The notes under the pieces: generated by a model
What the model was told of the DNA's origin: nothing
The model's database searches: none
What the model saw: the letters and a program-made list of their open reading frames with translations, nothing else
Program-made: the position numbers and the translations under genes
DNA from: an uncultured Zhenpiania sp.
GTDB lineage: Bacteria > Bacillota > Clostridia > Peptostreptococcales > Anaerovoracaceae
Reading direction: 5' to 3'
Assembly: GCA_964625475.1 (NCBI GenBank)
Contig: CAZVBL010000004.1
Coordinates: 1,143-65,142 of the forward strand
DNA length: 64,000 nt
Shown: in pieces, positions 9,120 through 19,907 of the stretch
Layout: each line of letters starts with the position of its first letter
Numbering within the stretch: position 1 is the first letter of the stretch

Positions 9120-9905
9120 TCAAATACCTCCCAAAAGCCATTTCAAATAGAGGATTCTGGCTTGCGTCCCGTTTGCCTTTGCGCAATCCGGTTTTCTGCT
9201 TTTCATCAGCCCCGCTCGGATTCGTTCTTCTGCGGCCAGCTTCCTCTGGACGAAAGGCACTGCCAGCTGGCCTGCGGAAAAAATCCAGGGCGGCACTTCG
9301 TATGCGATATCATCTGCGTGTTTCTCATACAATTCCTGAGAAACGGCAACCGTATCTCCACCTGCGGACGAAACGGCTCGTTGGGGGTTTGGAACCATGG
9401 GGCTTGCCCCAACATCCAAGGCATTTCCTGACGGAAAAACCGTAAGGATTTCACAAATATGCTTACCCTCTCGCACTAAGGCTTCCCTGGCGATGGAGCA
9501 TCCGTGATGAATCAGCCAGTGGCGCAACTTGCCCTGGCCGCTCCTGGGCTGGAGGATCAATTTGCGCAAACTATGGGTTTTCTTCATATTTTCCCCTAAG
9601 ATTTGGGTCATGAGAACGCCTCCCATGCCTGCCATCACGACAGCATCCACTTCTCCGTCTTCCAGTACTTGCATCCCGTTTCCCAGACGCAGGTCAAATG
9701 CCATCTGGGGGTATAGGGAGCGTCCCAGCTGGCGGGCTTTTTCCAGGGAACCGGGGCTAATGTCCGTCAACACCACATGGGGGCAGATGTTTCGTTCCCA
9801 GAGGGCAATTGGCAAAAAACCATGGTCGGTACCAATGTCGGCCATGGTTTCCCCATCTTCTACCTGATCCGCCAGTGCCTGCAGGCGATCCGTCAATTTC
9901 ACCAT
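9120..9905 (-). CDS. trmK: tRNA (adenine22-N1)-methyltransferase
   Basis: ADIGTDHGFLP, LGNG, AGMGG, LILQP; lies directly after rpoD. Confidence 0.9.
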   Translation of the reverse strand: MVKLTDRLQALADQVEDGETMADIGTDHGFLPIALWERNICPHVVLTDISPGSLEKARQLGRSLYPQMAFDLRLGNGMQVLEDGEVDAVVMAGMGGVLMTQILGENMKKTHSLRKLILQPRSGQGKLRHWLIHHGCSIAREALVREGKHICEILTVFPSGNALDVGASPMVPNPQRAVSSAGGDTVAVSQELYEKHADDIAYEVPPWIFSAGQLAVPFVQRKLAAEERIRAGLMKSRKPDCAKANGTQARILYLKWLLGGI

Positions 9906-11083
9906 TATTCCAGATAATCTTTCAGCTTCTTGCTCCTGCTTGGATGGCGCAGTTTTCGGAGGGCCTTCGCTTCAATCTGCCTGATGCGCTCCCTTGTCAC
10001 ATCGAACCGCTTGCCCACCTCTTCCAGCGTTCTGGCTCGTCCATCTTCCAGGCCAAAACGCAGCTTCAGTACCTTCTGTTCCCGCTCTGTCAGGGTGTCC
10101 AGGACTTCCACCAGCTGCTCTTTCAGCATGGAAAAAGCCGCTGCCTCCGCTGGGGCTGGCACCTCTTCGTCCGGAATGAAATCTCCCAGATGGCTATCCT
10201 CTTCTTCGCCGATGGGGGTCTCCAGGGACACGGGTTCCTGGGCGATTTTGAGGATTTCCCGCACTTTTTCCTCCGATATGCCCATTTCTTCCGCAATTTC
10301 TTCCGGCGTCGCCTCCCTGCCTTTTTCCTGGATCAACTGGCGGGATACGCGAATCAGTTTGTTGATGGTTTCCACCATGTGAACCGGAATGCGGATGGTT
10401 CTGGCCTGATCCGCAATGGATCTGGTGATGGCCTGACGAATCCACCAAGTCGCATAAGTGCTGAACTTATATCCTTTTTTCCAATCGAATTTATCAACGG
10501 CTTTGATCAGACCCAGGTTGCCCTCCTGAATCAAATCCAGGAACAGCATGCCCCTGCCCACATATTTTTTCGCAATGCTCACCACAAGACGCAGATTGGC
10601 CTCGCACAGCTTCTGCTTGGCCGCTTCATCGCCTGCCTCCATCCGCTTTGCCAGTTCGATCTCCTCTTGTGCCGTAAGGAGGGGGACTTTCCCGATCTCC
10701 TTCAAGTACATCCTTACGGGATCGTCTACTGCGATGTCTTTTGGAATCGTGGATTCCAAATCGATTTCTTTTGCCCCGCCGTTTTCCGCGATGACAGCAT
10801 CCACCTCTGGATCTTCCACTTCCTCTTCTTCCAGCTCGCTGAGTTCCATCTCGCCCGGCTCTAATTCCACCTCTGAAACAATGGCAATTCCCCTGGATAT
10901 CAGCTGCTCGTACATATCGTCCATGTCATCCTTGTCCATCTCCACATTGCCGAGATGGTCGGAAATCTCCGTATATGTGAGCGAACCCCTTCCCTTTGCC
11001 TTTTCGGCCAATTCTTCGATCAGTTGTTTTTTGTCTTTTAGCTGTGGCTGTAAGGTTTCCTGTTGCGCTTCTTGTTTTGCCAT
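9905..11083 (-). CDS. rpoD: Primary sigma factor RpoD/SigA
   Basis: [48 protein letters not shown]. Confidence 0.99.
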   Translation of the reverse strand: MAKQEAQQETLQPQLKDKKQLIEELAEKAKGRGSLTYTEISDHLGNVEMDKDDMDDMYEQLISRGIAIVSEVELEPGEMELSELEEEEVEDPEVDAVIAENGGAKEIDLESTIPKDIAVDDPVRMYLKEIGKVPLLTAQEEIELAKRMEAGDEAAKQKLCEANLRLVVSIAKKYVGRGMLFLDLIQEGNLGLIKAVDKFDWKKGYKFSTYATWWIRQAITRSIADQARTIRIPVHMVETINKLIRVSRQLIQEKGREATPEEIAEEMGISEEKVREILKIAQEPVSLETPIGEEEDSHLGDFIPDEEVPAPAEAAAFSMLKEQLVEVLDTLTEREQKVLKLRFGLEDGRARTLEEVGKRFDVTRERIRQIEAKALRKLRHPSRSKKLKDYLE

Positions 11084-11092
11084 TTGTTGATA

Positions 11093-12838
11093 CTACCCCC
11101 TACCGTTTTTGATCATCGTCTGGATTTCCATGAGTTCGTTTGTCAACGCTACGATGGCTTCCTCGTTTTCTTCTTCTATCATAGAAAGCTGCATGATCAG
11201 CTCTTGTTCTTTCTTCGTCCACTCGCTTCGCTTGATGGCATCGACACAATCGGAAAAGAGCTGCTCTTCTTTTCCTGCCAGCCGCACATTCTCCATGAGG
11301 CTTTCCAGCTCCTGGGCATCTTCCAATTCTAGCATGTCCATCAACCTTGGAATGTCCAGTTCTTCATGTTGTTCGTAAATCTCTTTGATGCAGTTATAAA
11401 TGTTCCGTCCGGACGGTGATGTGAACGCGGCCTTTTCATAGGGAAGGATCCGCGGATAATAGCTGCTGCTGTGCAGCATGAGCTTTATCATATTCTTTTC
11501 CAACGATGTGATATGGGACGGCGACTTTCCCATGTCCTTCGGGTGGCGTTCGACCCACTGGGAAGGCTGTTTTTCACTATTATTGCCAATTGCTTCAAGT
11601 CTTATAGCGCCTTCGGAGATTTTTGTCTCCTCTGCCAGTTTTTTTATGTAAATGTCCGCCTCCACCGGACTCAAATTCCGTAGGACCTCAGCGGCCTTTT
11701 TTAAAAACTCCACCTGTCCTTCTGGCGTATCCAGTTTACATTCTTTCCGAATCAGGTTCAATCGATACTCCGCATAAGGCAACGCTTCCCTGACCAGTTC
11801 CATAAATGCGCTTTTTCCATTTTTCTTGACAAATTCATCGGGATCCTTGCCCTCGGAAATGTGCAGCACTCGAACATTGAGTTTTTCCTTGTGGAGAATG
11901 TCCAGCCCCCGAAGGGCGGCGTTGATGCCTGCCTGATCCGCATCGTAGGACAAAATCACATGCTCCGTATAACGCTTGAGCAGCCTGGCCTGGTTTTCCG
12001 TCAGAGCCGTCCCCAAGGATGCAGAAACGTTCCTCACGCCGCTCTGGTACAGGGAAATCACGTCCATGTACCCTTCCACAAGGATCGCCTGATCCTCTTT
12101 GTGTATTTCCTGCCTGGTGATGTTCAACCCATACAAATTGTTTTTTTTCTGGAACACGCTGGATTCCTGGGAGTTCAAGTACTTAGGGACGCCGTCGCCC
12201 AGCGTCCTGCCCCCAAATCCGATGATTTTTCCGCTGGTGTTCATGATGGGGAACATGACCCGGCTACGAAACTTATCATAATATTTACCCTTGGATTGGG
12301 AAATCAATCCTAATTCCACAAGTTTTTCTTTTTCATACCCCATGGCAGTCAGATGTTGATACAGGCTGTCCCACTTTTCATCCGCATAGCCGATGCCGAA
12401 CTGATTGAGGATCTCCATCTCAATCCCGCGGCCTTTCATGTAATCGTAGCCTGGATTGGCTCTTTCTCGGAAAGCCCGGTAAAAGAATTTGGCGGCTTCC
12501 CGGTTGATGGCGTAGGCTTCGTCCTTTTTTTCGCTTTTGCGAAAGTCCTTTTGTATGGCAATGCCATATTCGTCAGCCAGCTTTTCAATGGCCTGCACAA
12601 AATCCAACTGGTAATGCTGTTCGACAAAGCTGATGACATCTCCCGTAGCCCCACAGCCAAAGCAAGTAAAGATCTGCTTTGTTTCGGATACGACAAAAGA
12701 AGGTGTCTTTTCGTTGTGGAATGGGCATCTTCCTTTGTAATTGCTCCCTGCCTTTTTTAAAGGAACGACCCGCCCAATCACATCGACAATGTTGCACCTG
12801 CTTTTAATCTCATCAACTGTGTTGCTGCCTCCGCTCAC
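11093..12838 (-). CDS. dnaG: DNA primase
   Basis: CPFHNEKTPSF zinc finger, KYLNS, TOPRIM VEGYMDV, YDADQAG; GTG start. Confidence 0.98.
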   Translation of the reverse strand: MSGGSNTVDEIKSRCNIVDVIGRVVPLKKAGSNYKGRCPFHNEKTPSFVVSETKQIFTCFGCGATGDVISFVEQHYQLDFVQAIEKLADEYGIAIQKDFRKSEKKDEAYAINREAAKFFYRAFRERANPGYDYMKGRGIEMEILNQFGIGYADEKWDSLYQHLTAMGYEKEKLVELGLISQSKGKYYDKFRSRVMFPIMNTSGKIIGFGGRTLGDGVPKYLNSQESSVFQKKNNLYGLNITRQEIHKEDQAILVEGYMDVISLYQSGVRNVSASLGTALTENQARLLKRYTEHVILSYDADQAGINAALRGLDILHKEKLNVRVLHISEGKDPDEFVKKNGKSAFMELVREALPYAEYRLNLIRKECKLDTPEGQVEFLKKAAEVLRNLSPVEADIYIKKLAEETKISEGAIRLEAIGNNSEKQPSQWVERHPKDMGKSPSHITSLEKNMIKLMLHSSSYYPRILPYEKAAFTSPSGRNIYNCIKEIYEQHEELDIPRLMDMLELEDAQELESLMENVRLAGKEEQLFSDCVDAIKRSEWTKKEQELIMQLSMIEEENEEAIVALTNELMEIQTMIKNGRG

Positions 12839-12914
12839 GTTTGTCCCTCATCACCTTTTGATCCATCAATTCTTTTTCTCTTTCGACAAAACCGTGAAGT
12901 TTCCTTTTTTTTCG

Positions 12915-13940
12915 TTAAAATTTTTTTCTTTCTCTTCCAAAATGTGGATCACATAGATGGGCATGCAAATTCATGGCATAGCGATCCGTCATGCCTGCGA
13001 TATAGTCTTTCACCATTTCCTCCAATCCAAATTCCGGTATCATGTCCTGCAAATCTTCCGGGAGGGATTTCGGATGTTCCTGAAAATACCCGTAGAGGGA
13101 TTCGATGATGGTTTTGATCCGCTGCAGGTCTTCATCCTTTTTTACTTTGTTGTTGCGATAAACGTTTTGGAACATAAAATCCCGCAACAGATCCATGTGA
13201 TCCAGGCAGGCATCGCTCATGGAAATTCGATTTTTCCCAAAGCTGCTGTCGATCAGATCCGTCACCAAAGTGTCAATCCTGGCGCGATGGGTGTCCCCCA
13301 GCACGGCAAGGCATTGCTTCGGCAAATCCCCTTCCGTAATGACGCCGCTCCGAAGGGCATCGTCGATATCGTGGTTGATATAAGCCACCCGGTCGCTGAT
13401 TTTGACGATCTGGCCTTCCAAGGTAAAGGGTATCCCCTCCCCGGTATGGTTCAGGATGCCGTCCCTTACTTCTTCGGTCAGGTTCATTCCCCTTCGTAAG
13501 CTGCCCCTTTCCAACACATCCACGACTCGCAGGCTTTGGACGTTGTGGCGAAAACCACCCTTGTGGATCTCGTTGAGCACGCTTTCCCCGCTGTGGCCAA
13601 AGGGCGTGTGTCCCAAATCGTGTCCCATGGCGATGGCCTCCGTCAGATCCTCATTCAGCCCCAACGCCCTGGCTATGGTCCGGGAAATTTGTGAAACTTC
13701 GATGGTATGGGTCAGCCTGGTGCGAAAATGGTCGCCTTCCGGAGCCAGGAACACCTGGGTCTTGTGCATCAATCTGCGAAAGGCTTTGGAATGGACGATT
13801 CGATCCCGATCCCGCTGGTAAACGGTTCGGATGGCGCATTGCTCCTCCGGCTCCTTTCGGCCTCTCGATTCCGCTGCTTTTGCGGCAAAAGGCGACAGCG
13901 TTTCATATTCTCGTTTTTCGATGCATTCTCTTCCAATCAT
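12915..13940 (-). CDS. dgt: Deoxyguanosinetriphosphate triphosphohydrolase (dGTPase)
   Basis: YQRDRDRIVHSKAFRRL, RTRLTH, GHDLGHTPFGH, YIAGMTD. Confidence 0.95.
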   Translation of the reverse strand: MIGRECIEKREYETLSPFAAKAAESRGRKEPEEQCAIRTVYQRDRDRIVHSKAFRRLMHKTQVFLAPEGDHFRTRLTHTIEVSQISRTIARALGLNEDLTEAIAMGHDLGHTPFGHSGESVLNEIHKGGFRHNVQSLRVVDVLERGSLRRGMNLTEEVRDGILNHTGEGIPFTLEGQIVKISDRVAYINHDIDDALRSGVITEGDLPKQCLAVLGDTHRARIDTLVTDLIDSSFGKNRISMSDACLDHMDLLRDFMFQNVYRNNKVKKDEDLQRIKTIIESLYGYFQEHPKSLPEDLQDMIPEFGLEEMVKDYIAGMTDRYAMNLHAHLCDPHFGRERKKF

Positions 13941-13955
13941 ATTTCGTAGCTTGTC

Positions 13956-14948
13956 CTATACAAAAATCTGGATAACCAAAACGGACAGCCCACCAAGCAC
14001 CATGGTGACAGGCAATGTCACGACCCAGGCAATGACGATGTTCTGTGCAATTCCCCACTTTACCGCAGAAAGCCGCTTTGCGCTCCCAACCCCCATGACA
14101 GACGTGGTAATGACCTGGGTGGTGCTGATGGGCGCACCCAAAAACGACATGCTTTCAATGACCAGCGCAGAAGCGGTCTGTGCTGCGAATCCGCTGGCGG
14201 GCTGGAGCTTCGTCACGCCGCCGCCCATGGTTTTCATGATCTTCCATCCGCCGAGGGAAGTCCCCAGAGCCATCATGCAGGCACATGCCACCTTGACCCA
14301 AAGGGGCACGCCGGAACTGGCATCCAAAAGGCCTCCCGTAACGAGCGCAAGCGTGATGATTCCCATGGTTTTCTGCGCATCATTGTTGCCGTGGGAATAA
14401 GCAACCAGGGCTGCGGAAAAAACCTGAAGCTTGGAAAACACCCGATTGGCCTTTGCCTGAGACCAGCTTGCGAAAAGCATGAAAATCAATTTCATGAAGC
14501 CAAAGCCGATGAACAACCCGATAAAGGGCGATGTGACCAAAGGAACGATCACTTTGTACAAAATGCCGTTCCACAGGATATGCTCCGTGCTGGCAGTGAA
14601 AACGATCGTTGCGCCCAGTAAACTCCCGATGAGCGCATGGGAGGAAGAACTAGGAATGCCCTTCCACCAGGTAAACAAGTTCCATATAATGGCTCCCACG
14701 AGCGCCCCTAAAATCACATATTGCTCCAGCTCCACATCCACGAGGCCGCTGGAGATGGTCATGGCTACCTTCTCGCTGGTCAGAGCGCCGGCAAGGTTCA
14801 TGGCTGCCGCAAGGAGGATGGCTTTTTTGGGCGTGAGCGCCCTGGTATACACAGATGTGGCAATGGCGTTCGCCGTGTCGTGAAACCCATTGATAAACTC
14901 AAAGATCAGCGCAACCAAGATGACGCATGCCAAAATTCCGCTAAGCAT
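13956..14948 (-). CDS. PiT-family inorganic phosphate transporter
   Basis: Signatures GFHDTANAIAT and HGNNDAQK. Confidence 0.95.
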   Translation of the reverse strand: MLSGILACVILVALIFEFINGFHDTANAIATSVYTRALTPKKAILLAAAMNLAGALTSEKVAMTISSGLVDVELEQYVILGALVGAIIWNLFTWWKGIPSSSSHALIGSLLGATIVFTASTEHILWNGILYKVIVPLVTSPFIGLFIGFGFMKLIFMLFASWSQAKANRVFSKLQVFSAALVAYSHGNNDAQKTMGIITLALVTGGLLDASSGVPLWVKVACACMMALGTSLGGWKIMKTMGGGVTKLQPASGFAAQTASALVIESMSFLGAPISTTQVITTSVMGVGSAKRLSAVKWGIAQNIVIAWVVTLPVTMVLGGLSVLVIQIFV

Positions 14949-15564
14949 ATTTCATTACCACGCCTTCTATGATGTTCGCAACGCATTCGCAGGAATCCAG
15001 GCTGGCCTCCAGCTGCTCATACAGATGCTTCCATTTGATGAGTTCAATTGGGTTTTCCTCTTGCCGGAACAGCTCAGTTAACGCCTGCCTGTATAAAATA
15101 TCGCCCTCGTTTTCAATGCGGTTCACCTCGATGACTTGCTCCTGGACCGTGTTGTTCTTTTTTACTTCTGAAAGGTGCTTGAACAGGACATCCAGTTCCC
15201 GAATGGCCTGCATGATGTATTTTGCCATGGTCAGGCACTGGGGTTTCACCTCTTTTACATCGAACACGATAAAGCGGTTGGCCACTTCCTCCAGGGAGTC
15301 CACGATTTCATCCATTTCTTTGGTGATGGAATAAATGTCCTCCCTGTCGAAGGGCGTTATGAAGGACTCGTGCAGCGCCATCAGGATTTTGTGGGCCTGC
15401 ATGTCGCATTCCGTTTCCATGACCTTAATGGCTGCCACCTTATCCGTGATTTCCTCATAATTTGACACTAAATCTAAAAACCGCTCCCCAGCTTTCATGA
15501 TCTTGCCGGCGAAATCGATTAGCAACTGAAAAAATTCGTTTTCTTTTTTCTTAACCCCTATCAT
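14941..15564 (-). CDS. DUF47 PhoU-like phosphate transport regulator
   Basis: FITPFDREDI, ENEGD; paired with a PiT gene. Confidence 0.92.
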   Translation of the reverse strand: MIGVKKKENEFFQLLIDFAGKIMKAGERFLDLVSNYEEITDKVAAIKVMETECDMQAHKILMALHESFITPFDREDIYSITKEMDEIVDSLEEVANRFIVFDVKEVKPQCLTMAKYIMQAIRELDVLFKHLSEVKKNNTVQEQVIEVNRIENEGDILYRQALTELFRQEENPIELIKWKHLYEQLEASLDSCECVANIIEGVVMKYA

Positions 15565-15724
15565 CCTGCGTGCCTCTTTTCTTTCGTAAAATCTTGCCTG
15601 GTCTTATCATACCATCGTTGCTGTGGTAAAGTAAAGAAGAAAGTCGAACCCGCTCGTTCTTTTCCAGTGGCGAACGTCTCTGAAACTCCCCGAACAAGCG
15701 GTGATGCGGATATTTCTTCCTCAC

Positions 15725-15913
15725 TTAAAAATATAACCTTCGTTCCAAATTTTTTCCCAGAGTCTCATCTACCCGCGCAAAATGCCCCAGTACGGTTTGA
15801 ATGACATCTTCGTTTTCAAACATGAGGCTTTCAGCGATGTTCTCCACCAAATCCTCTTTTTCAGAGGGTTCCATGCTTCGGTAATAAGCGGCTGCCTGGC
15901 TGAATTCCATCAT
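15725..15913 (-). CDS. Stand-alone catalase C-terminal helical (catalase-related) domain, 62 aa
   Basis: FSQAAAYYRSMEPSEKEDLVENIAESL...HFARVDETLG; own RBS GAGGAG and ATGA overlap with the upstream gene. Confidence 0.8.
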   Translation of the reverse strand: MMEFSQAAAYYRSMEPSEKEDLVENIAESLMFENEDVIQTVLGHFARVDETLGKNLERRLYF

Positions 15914-16878
15914 TTTTGCGCTCCTCTCTGTCGACCCCCGTCTTTGTGGGCATAGTCCATGACTTGCAGGAATTCCTCATGGGTCAACCGCATCCCGTCC
16001 ACCAAGTTGGAAGGGAAAAAGCAAAGCCGCTCGCCTTGCTCCTTGGAAAGGATCTCCCGTAACGTCATTTTCCCGATTTTCACATAAGGATACTGCTCCT
16101 CCGGCCACAAGCAGGTAGCGGAAAAAGGGTCAAACCCACAGTTTTCCCTTTGCTCCTGTTCCATCATCTGGATTTCCAGCTCATACATCGGAAAACTTCC
16201 TTCCTCCAATGCGAGAACCAGATCGGAAATGCAACAGTCCGGCGAGAATCCGGCCAGAAACTCCGCCTCCTGATACGAAATTCCCTTTCTTTTTCCATTT
16301 TCTTCCTCTCCTTCACAGCAAGGGTTCCATCGATATCGAACATACGCTTCTTTTTCCCGTTCATTGATCCATCGGTAGGCATTGACGCTGTACCCTTCCA
16401 TATGGCGATAGGATTTTATCGTACCCTGGTTGGAATAAAGGCGAATGGCCAGGTTCATGGCCTCCGGATTTTCGGCGAGGAACCGCCAAAAATTTGGTTC
16501 GCCTCCGTATGCCTGTTGGGGAAATCCCAAAGATCTTACCATTTGGGGGAATTTAGCTGGGTCGTTGATGTAGTAGACTGGAAAATTGTTGCAGATCAAA
16601 TCACAATCCCCTTGTTCCGTATGGAACCTGACGGAAAAGCCACGGGTGTCCCGATGGGAATCGCCGCTTCCCAGTTCTCCCATGCACCTTGAGAATCGTA
16701 CTGTCACCGGGGTTTCCTGCCCTGGATCTTGGAGAAAACAGGCAGATGTGTAATCCGCAAGGCACATGTATGGGCTAAAGCTGCCTTTTGCGGCGACTCC
16801 TTTTCGGTGCAGCAGCGGAGGCCTGGCGGCCTGGCCGTTCAATTCGCCGATCTTTTCCAGCAACAAAAAATCTGTCAT
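15910..16878 (-). CDS. Truncated catalase-fold heme protein with atypical proximal ligand (Tyr to His)
   Basis: LLHRKG, VRFS, RDTRGFSVRF, DLICNNFP, YRHMEGY, WP..YP and LQVMDYAHKDGGRQR; RBS AGGTGG before ATG 16878. Confidence 0.85.
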   Translation of the reverse strand: MTDFLLLEKIGELNGQAARPPLLHRKGVAAKGSFSPYMCLADYTSACFLQDPGQETPVTVRFSRCMGELGSGDSHRDTRGFSVRFHTEQGDCDLICNNFPVYYINDPAKFPQMVRSLGFPQQAYGGEPNFWRFLAENPEAMNLAIRLYSNQGTIKSYRHMEGYSVNAYRWINEREKEAYVRYRWNPCCEGEEENGKRKGISYQEAEFLAGFSPDCCISDLVLALEEGSFPMYELEIQMMEQEQRENCGFDPFSATCLWPEEQYPYVKIGKMTLREILSKEQGERLCFFPSNLVDGMRLTHEEFLQVMDYAHKDGGRQRGAQK

Positions 16879-16895
16879 CACATACCACCTCAACG

Positions 16896-16924
16896 TAATA
16901 TATGCAACAGATTGTTTTTTGGTT
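16896..16924 (-). promoter_or_regulatory. sigma-K-type promoter of the catalase-like operon
   Basis: AACC-16bp-CATATATTA matches mACm-N16-CATA-N3-TA. Confidence 0.65.
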
Positions 16925-17080
16925 TATCATCGTTTATCATCCATCGAAATAAATTGACAGCAAACACAAGGGGCTTCGCATGGATGCCTGCTCGTTTTGA
17001 GACTGCCGCAAGCGTGGTTCCTGCCACAAAACAGACGCAAAACGGCATGGGGATCGCAAACCCGGTTTTTCGAGGGCATT

Positions 17081-17509
17081 TTAAAGCCCCGTATGTCCAA
17101 ACCCCCCTGTGCCTCGCTCTGTCTCTCCCAGCGCATCCACCGGTTCCCATGTGATTCTCTCGTATCTGGCGATGACCATCTGGGCAATTCGGTCGCCGTG
17201 CTGAACGGTGATCGGTTCCTGGCCCAAGTTGATGATCGGTACTTTGATTTCGCCCCGATAATCGCTGTCAATGGTGCCCACTCCATTTACCAGGCCGATT
17301 CCATGCCTGATGGCAAGGCCACTCCTCGCCCGCACCTGCGCTTCATATCCAGGGGGAAGCTCTATGGACAAGCCCGTAGGGATCAAAGCCCGTTCTCCGG
17401 GCTGTAGGCACACTGCTTGCCCCAAGTCCGCCCGTAAATCCATGCCTGCCGATCCTTCCGTCTCATAGGCAGGAAGCGCACCGCTTTTCGTTTTTATCCT
17501 GACCTCCAT
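17081..17509 (-). CDS. dut: dUTP diphosphatase
   Basis: [39 protein letters not shown]. Confidence 0.98.
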   Translation of the reverse strand: MEVRIKTKSGALPAYETEGSAGMDLRADLGQAVCLQPGERALIPTGLSIELPPGYEAQVRARSGLAIRHGIGLVNGVGTIDSDYRGEIKVPIINLGQEPITVQHGDRIAQMVIARYERITWEPVDALGETERGTGGFGHTGL

Positions 17510-17514
17510 CGCCT

Positions 17515-18765
17515 TTACGCCTCCATGGCTTTTTTCAAATCAAAATCCCGATTGGTAACGGCTGCGCCGCAGTATCGATCCAAATCGCAGATTCGTCCCG
17601 CCATCCGGCGCATGTCGTCCATTGTGACCTTATCAAATCCTGCGATGACTTCTTGTGGCGATTGCGTCCGTCTGCATAACGCCATGTTTTTTCCAATGGA
17701 AAACATCCTTCCGTTGACGTTTTCCTGGGCAAAAATATAGCTGCTCTTCATCTGCTCTTTGGCAGTCGCCAGTTCTTCCTCCGTCACGCCGTTTCGTCCC
17801 AGGGTCTCCAGTTCTTCTTTGATCGCTGCGATGGCATCTCTGATCTTGTCGTGTGCCACTCCAGCGTAGATGTTGAAATAACCGGCATTACTGAATGCGC
17901 TGGATACCGAATAAACGGAATAGGCCAGTCCTTTTTGTTCTCGGATGCTCTGAAACAGCCTGGAACTCATGCTGCCACCCATGATGTTGCTGAGAAGCCC
18001 CATGGCATAGTAATCCTCGTCCACCATGGAAACCCCTGGAAGGGCAAAGCTGACATGGCTCTGCTCGATATCTTTTGTTTTCACATTGTATCGCGGTTCA
18101 TAGGGCTTGGGATGGCGTTCTTTTTTCTCCTTGGCAGCTTCCAGTTTTGTCAATCGATTTTCAAAGAGTTCGCAGATTTTATCTTCGTCAAAATTACCGG
18201 CAATGGCGATTACCAGGCTATCCCTCGTGTATTCCCTGCGCATGTACCCGATCAATTCTGACCTGTCAATGCGGCTTAAGGTTTCAGGCGTTCCTATAAT
18301 GGAATTTCCCAGCGGATTTCCTTTAAACACCAGCTCGCACACGGTATCATGGACGTCATCGTCCGGGGTGTCCTGAATCATTTTGATTTCCTCCCGGATT
18401 ACGTTTCGCTCCTTCTCCATCTCTTCCGGATCCATTTTGGAATTGAGAATCATGTCCAAGAGAATTTCCGCCGCCTTGCCCAGATTGTCCGACAGGGTTT
18501 TGATATAATAGCAAGTGGCCTCTTTGCCTGTAAAGGCGTTGAACTGGCCGCCGATTTTGTCCACATCGGAGGCGATTTCCTTTGCCGTCCGCTTTTCCGT
18601 GCCTTTGAACATCATGTGTTCAATGTAGTGGGAAACGCCTGCGATGGAGGCGGGTTCATCTATCGCTCCTGCCCTGACCCATGCTCCCAGTGCAACGGAT
18701 TGAATGTGTGGAATGTTTTCCATGACAAGCGTAGTGCCGCAATCCAGCTGCTTTGTTTTTATCAT
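17515..18765 (-). CDS. M16-family zinc peptidase
   Basis: Inverted zinc motif [25 protein letters not shown]. Confidence 0.95.
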   Translation of the reverse strand: MIKTKQLDCGTTLVMENIPHIQSVALGAWVRAGAIDEPASIAGVSHYIEHMMFKGTEKRTAKEIASDVDKIGGQFNAFTGKEATCYYIKTLSDNLGKAAEILLDMILNSKMDPEEMEKERNVIREEIKMIQDTPDDDVHDTVCELVFKGNPLGNSIIGTPETLSRIDRSELIGYMRREYTRDSLVIAIAGNFDEDKICELFENRLTKLEAAKEKKERHPKPYEPRYNVKTKDIEQSHVSFALPGVSMVDEDYYAMGLLSNIMGGSMSSRLFQSIREQKGLAYSVYSVSSAFSNAGYFNIYAGVAHDKIRDAIAAIKEELETLGRNGVTEEELATAKEQMKSSYIFAQENVNGRMFSIGKNMALCRRTQSPQEVIAGFDKVTMDDMRRMAGRICDLDRYCGAAVTNRDFDLKKAMEA

Positions 18766-18780
18766 CTTCTCATTACCATC

Positions 18781-19059
18781 CTATTTTTTTCTTTTTCGTT
18801 TTTCCAGGATTTCGTCCCTATATAAATAGCCTGCGATGGCCAATGCGACCACGATGAGCGCCACTGTGCCGGCAGTCTTGCCCAATTTCAACTCAAAAAA
18901 GTAGGTGATGCACATCACTGCGAAAAACAAAAGCGCCACCAGTAAAAAGACAGCTTTTCCACCCTTCTCCGCTGCTTTCCGCTTTGTTTCTTCCGATGGC
19001 GGAGCTTGTCCTTCTGGCTGCTCCTGCCCTGTAATGTCCTTTTCTTTCATTGCTTCCAT
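18781..19059 (-). CDS. Small two-TM hypothetical membrane protein
   Basis: Two hydrophobic segments with a basic C-terminus; start codon uncertain. Confidence 0.6.
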   Translation of the reverse strand: MEAMKEKDITGQEQPEGQAPPSEETKRKAAEKGGKAVFLLVALLFFAVMCITYFFELKLGKTAGTVALIVVALAIAGYLYRDEILEKRKRKK

Positions 19060-19150
19060 GCCTTTTCTCTGTCTTTCGATCGCACATCTGGCCGCAGTTT
19101 CAGTTCGCTGCTTTCTCATGACGTTCCGCAAACATGCGATTGGGTTTCCA

Positions 19151-19828
19151 TCAATTGTTGTTGCGACCCATGATCGCCAGAATGCGGATGAAGATGTTGA
19201 TAATATCCATATAGAGGTCTGTTGCGCTGTCAATGGCATTATCCACCGTTTTCTGGTATGCATTGGCTTTCGCCCAGTCGTATCCAATATAACCGGAAAA
19301 AATCAGCACAACGGCATAATCAAAAATCGTGTAATCCTTGTGCCAAATCAATACGCACACCAACTCAACAATGACTACGGCAACCAGGGTAAAAAACAGC
19401 GTCCTTCCCATGCTGAGGAACAGGCTGGGAAATGCGCTCCCTGCGATCATCATCACCAACGTAATGATTCCTGTCACCAGAACTGCGTTAAAGACGATCT
19501 CCGATCCATAATAAGGAAGCAGCATGGTCAGCACCACGCCCAGTGGAACTACGATCAAATTGTACCCCACAAAACTGACCACCGGACTATTGCTCCTGGT
19601 GAGCCTTGCCCCTACAATGATGCATATGATATATCCAATGAGAAATACAAAGGGGTTCATGTTGTCAAATGCGCCTTCCAGCGCAGTAATCATAAAAGCG
19701 TTTACGGCAAATCCATAGAGCAAAGTTGCCCCGATGATCAAATTATATGCGCGCTGGCCGATCTGCCGCTCCCCCTCATGAAGCGTCAACCGTTCCCGCT
19801 TGTTGGTTGTCATTAAATTTCCTGTCAT
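19151..19828 (-). CDS. Bax inhibitor-1/YccA-family membrane protein
   Basis: About 7 TMs with C-terminal ATDLYMDIINIFIRIL. Start placed at ATG 19828 (RBS AGAGG), downstream of a TGG-TATACT -10 near 19882-19887. Confidence 0.85.
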   Translation of the reverse strand: MTGNLMTTNKRERLTLHEGERQIGQRAYNLIIGATLLYGFAVNAFMITALEGAFDNMNPFVFLIGYIICIIVGARLTRSNSPVVSFVGYNLIVVPLGVVLTMLLPYYGSEIVFNAVLVTGIITLVMMIAGSAFPSLFLSMGRTLFFTLVAVVIVELVCVLIWHKDYTIFDYAVVLIFSGYIGYDWAKANAYQKTVDNAIDSATDLYMDIINIFIRILAIMGRNNN

Positions 19829-19907
19829 AACACCATTTCCTCTTTCACTTTTTAGCCTTGTCATCAAAGCTATCATATATAGTATACCACAAGCTACGAG
19901 TACAAGT

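Noticed and set aside
12915-12970. Atypical dGTPase C-terminus suggesting a 1-nt indel
   Set aside because: Affects only the last few residues and cannot be verified
16960-17075. Branched hairpins between dut and the catalase-like promoter
   Set aside because: Stems are short and plausible by chance in GC-rich intergenic DNA
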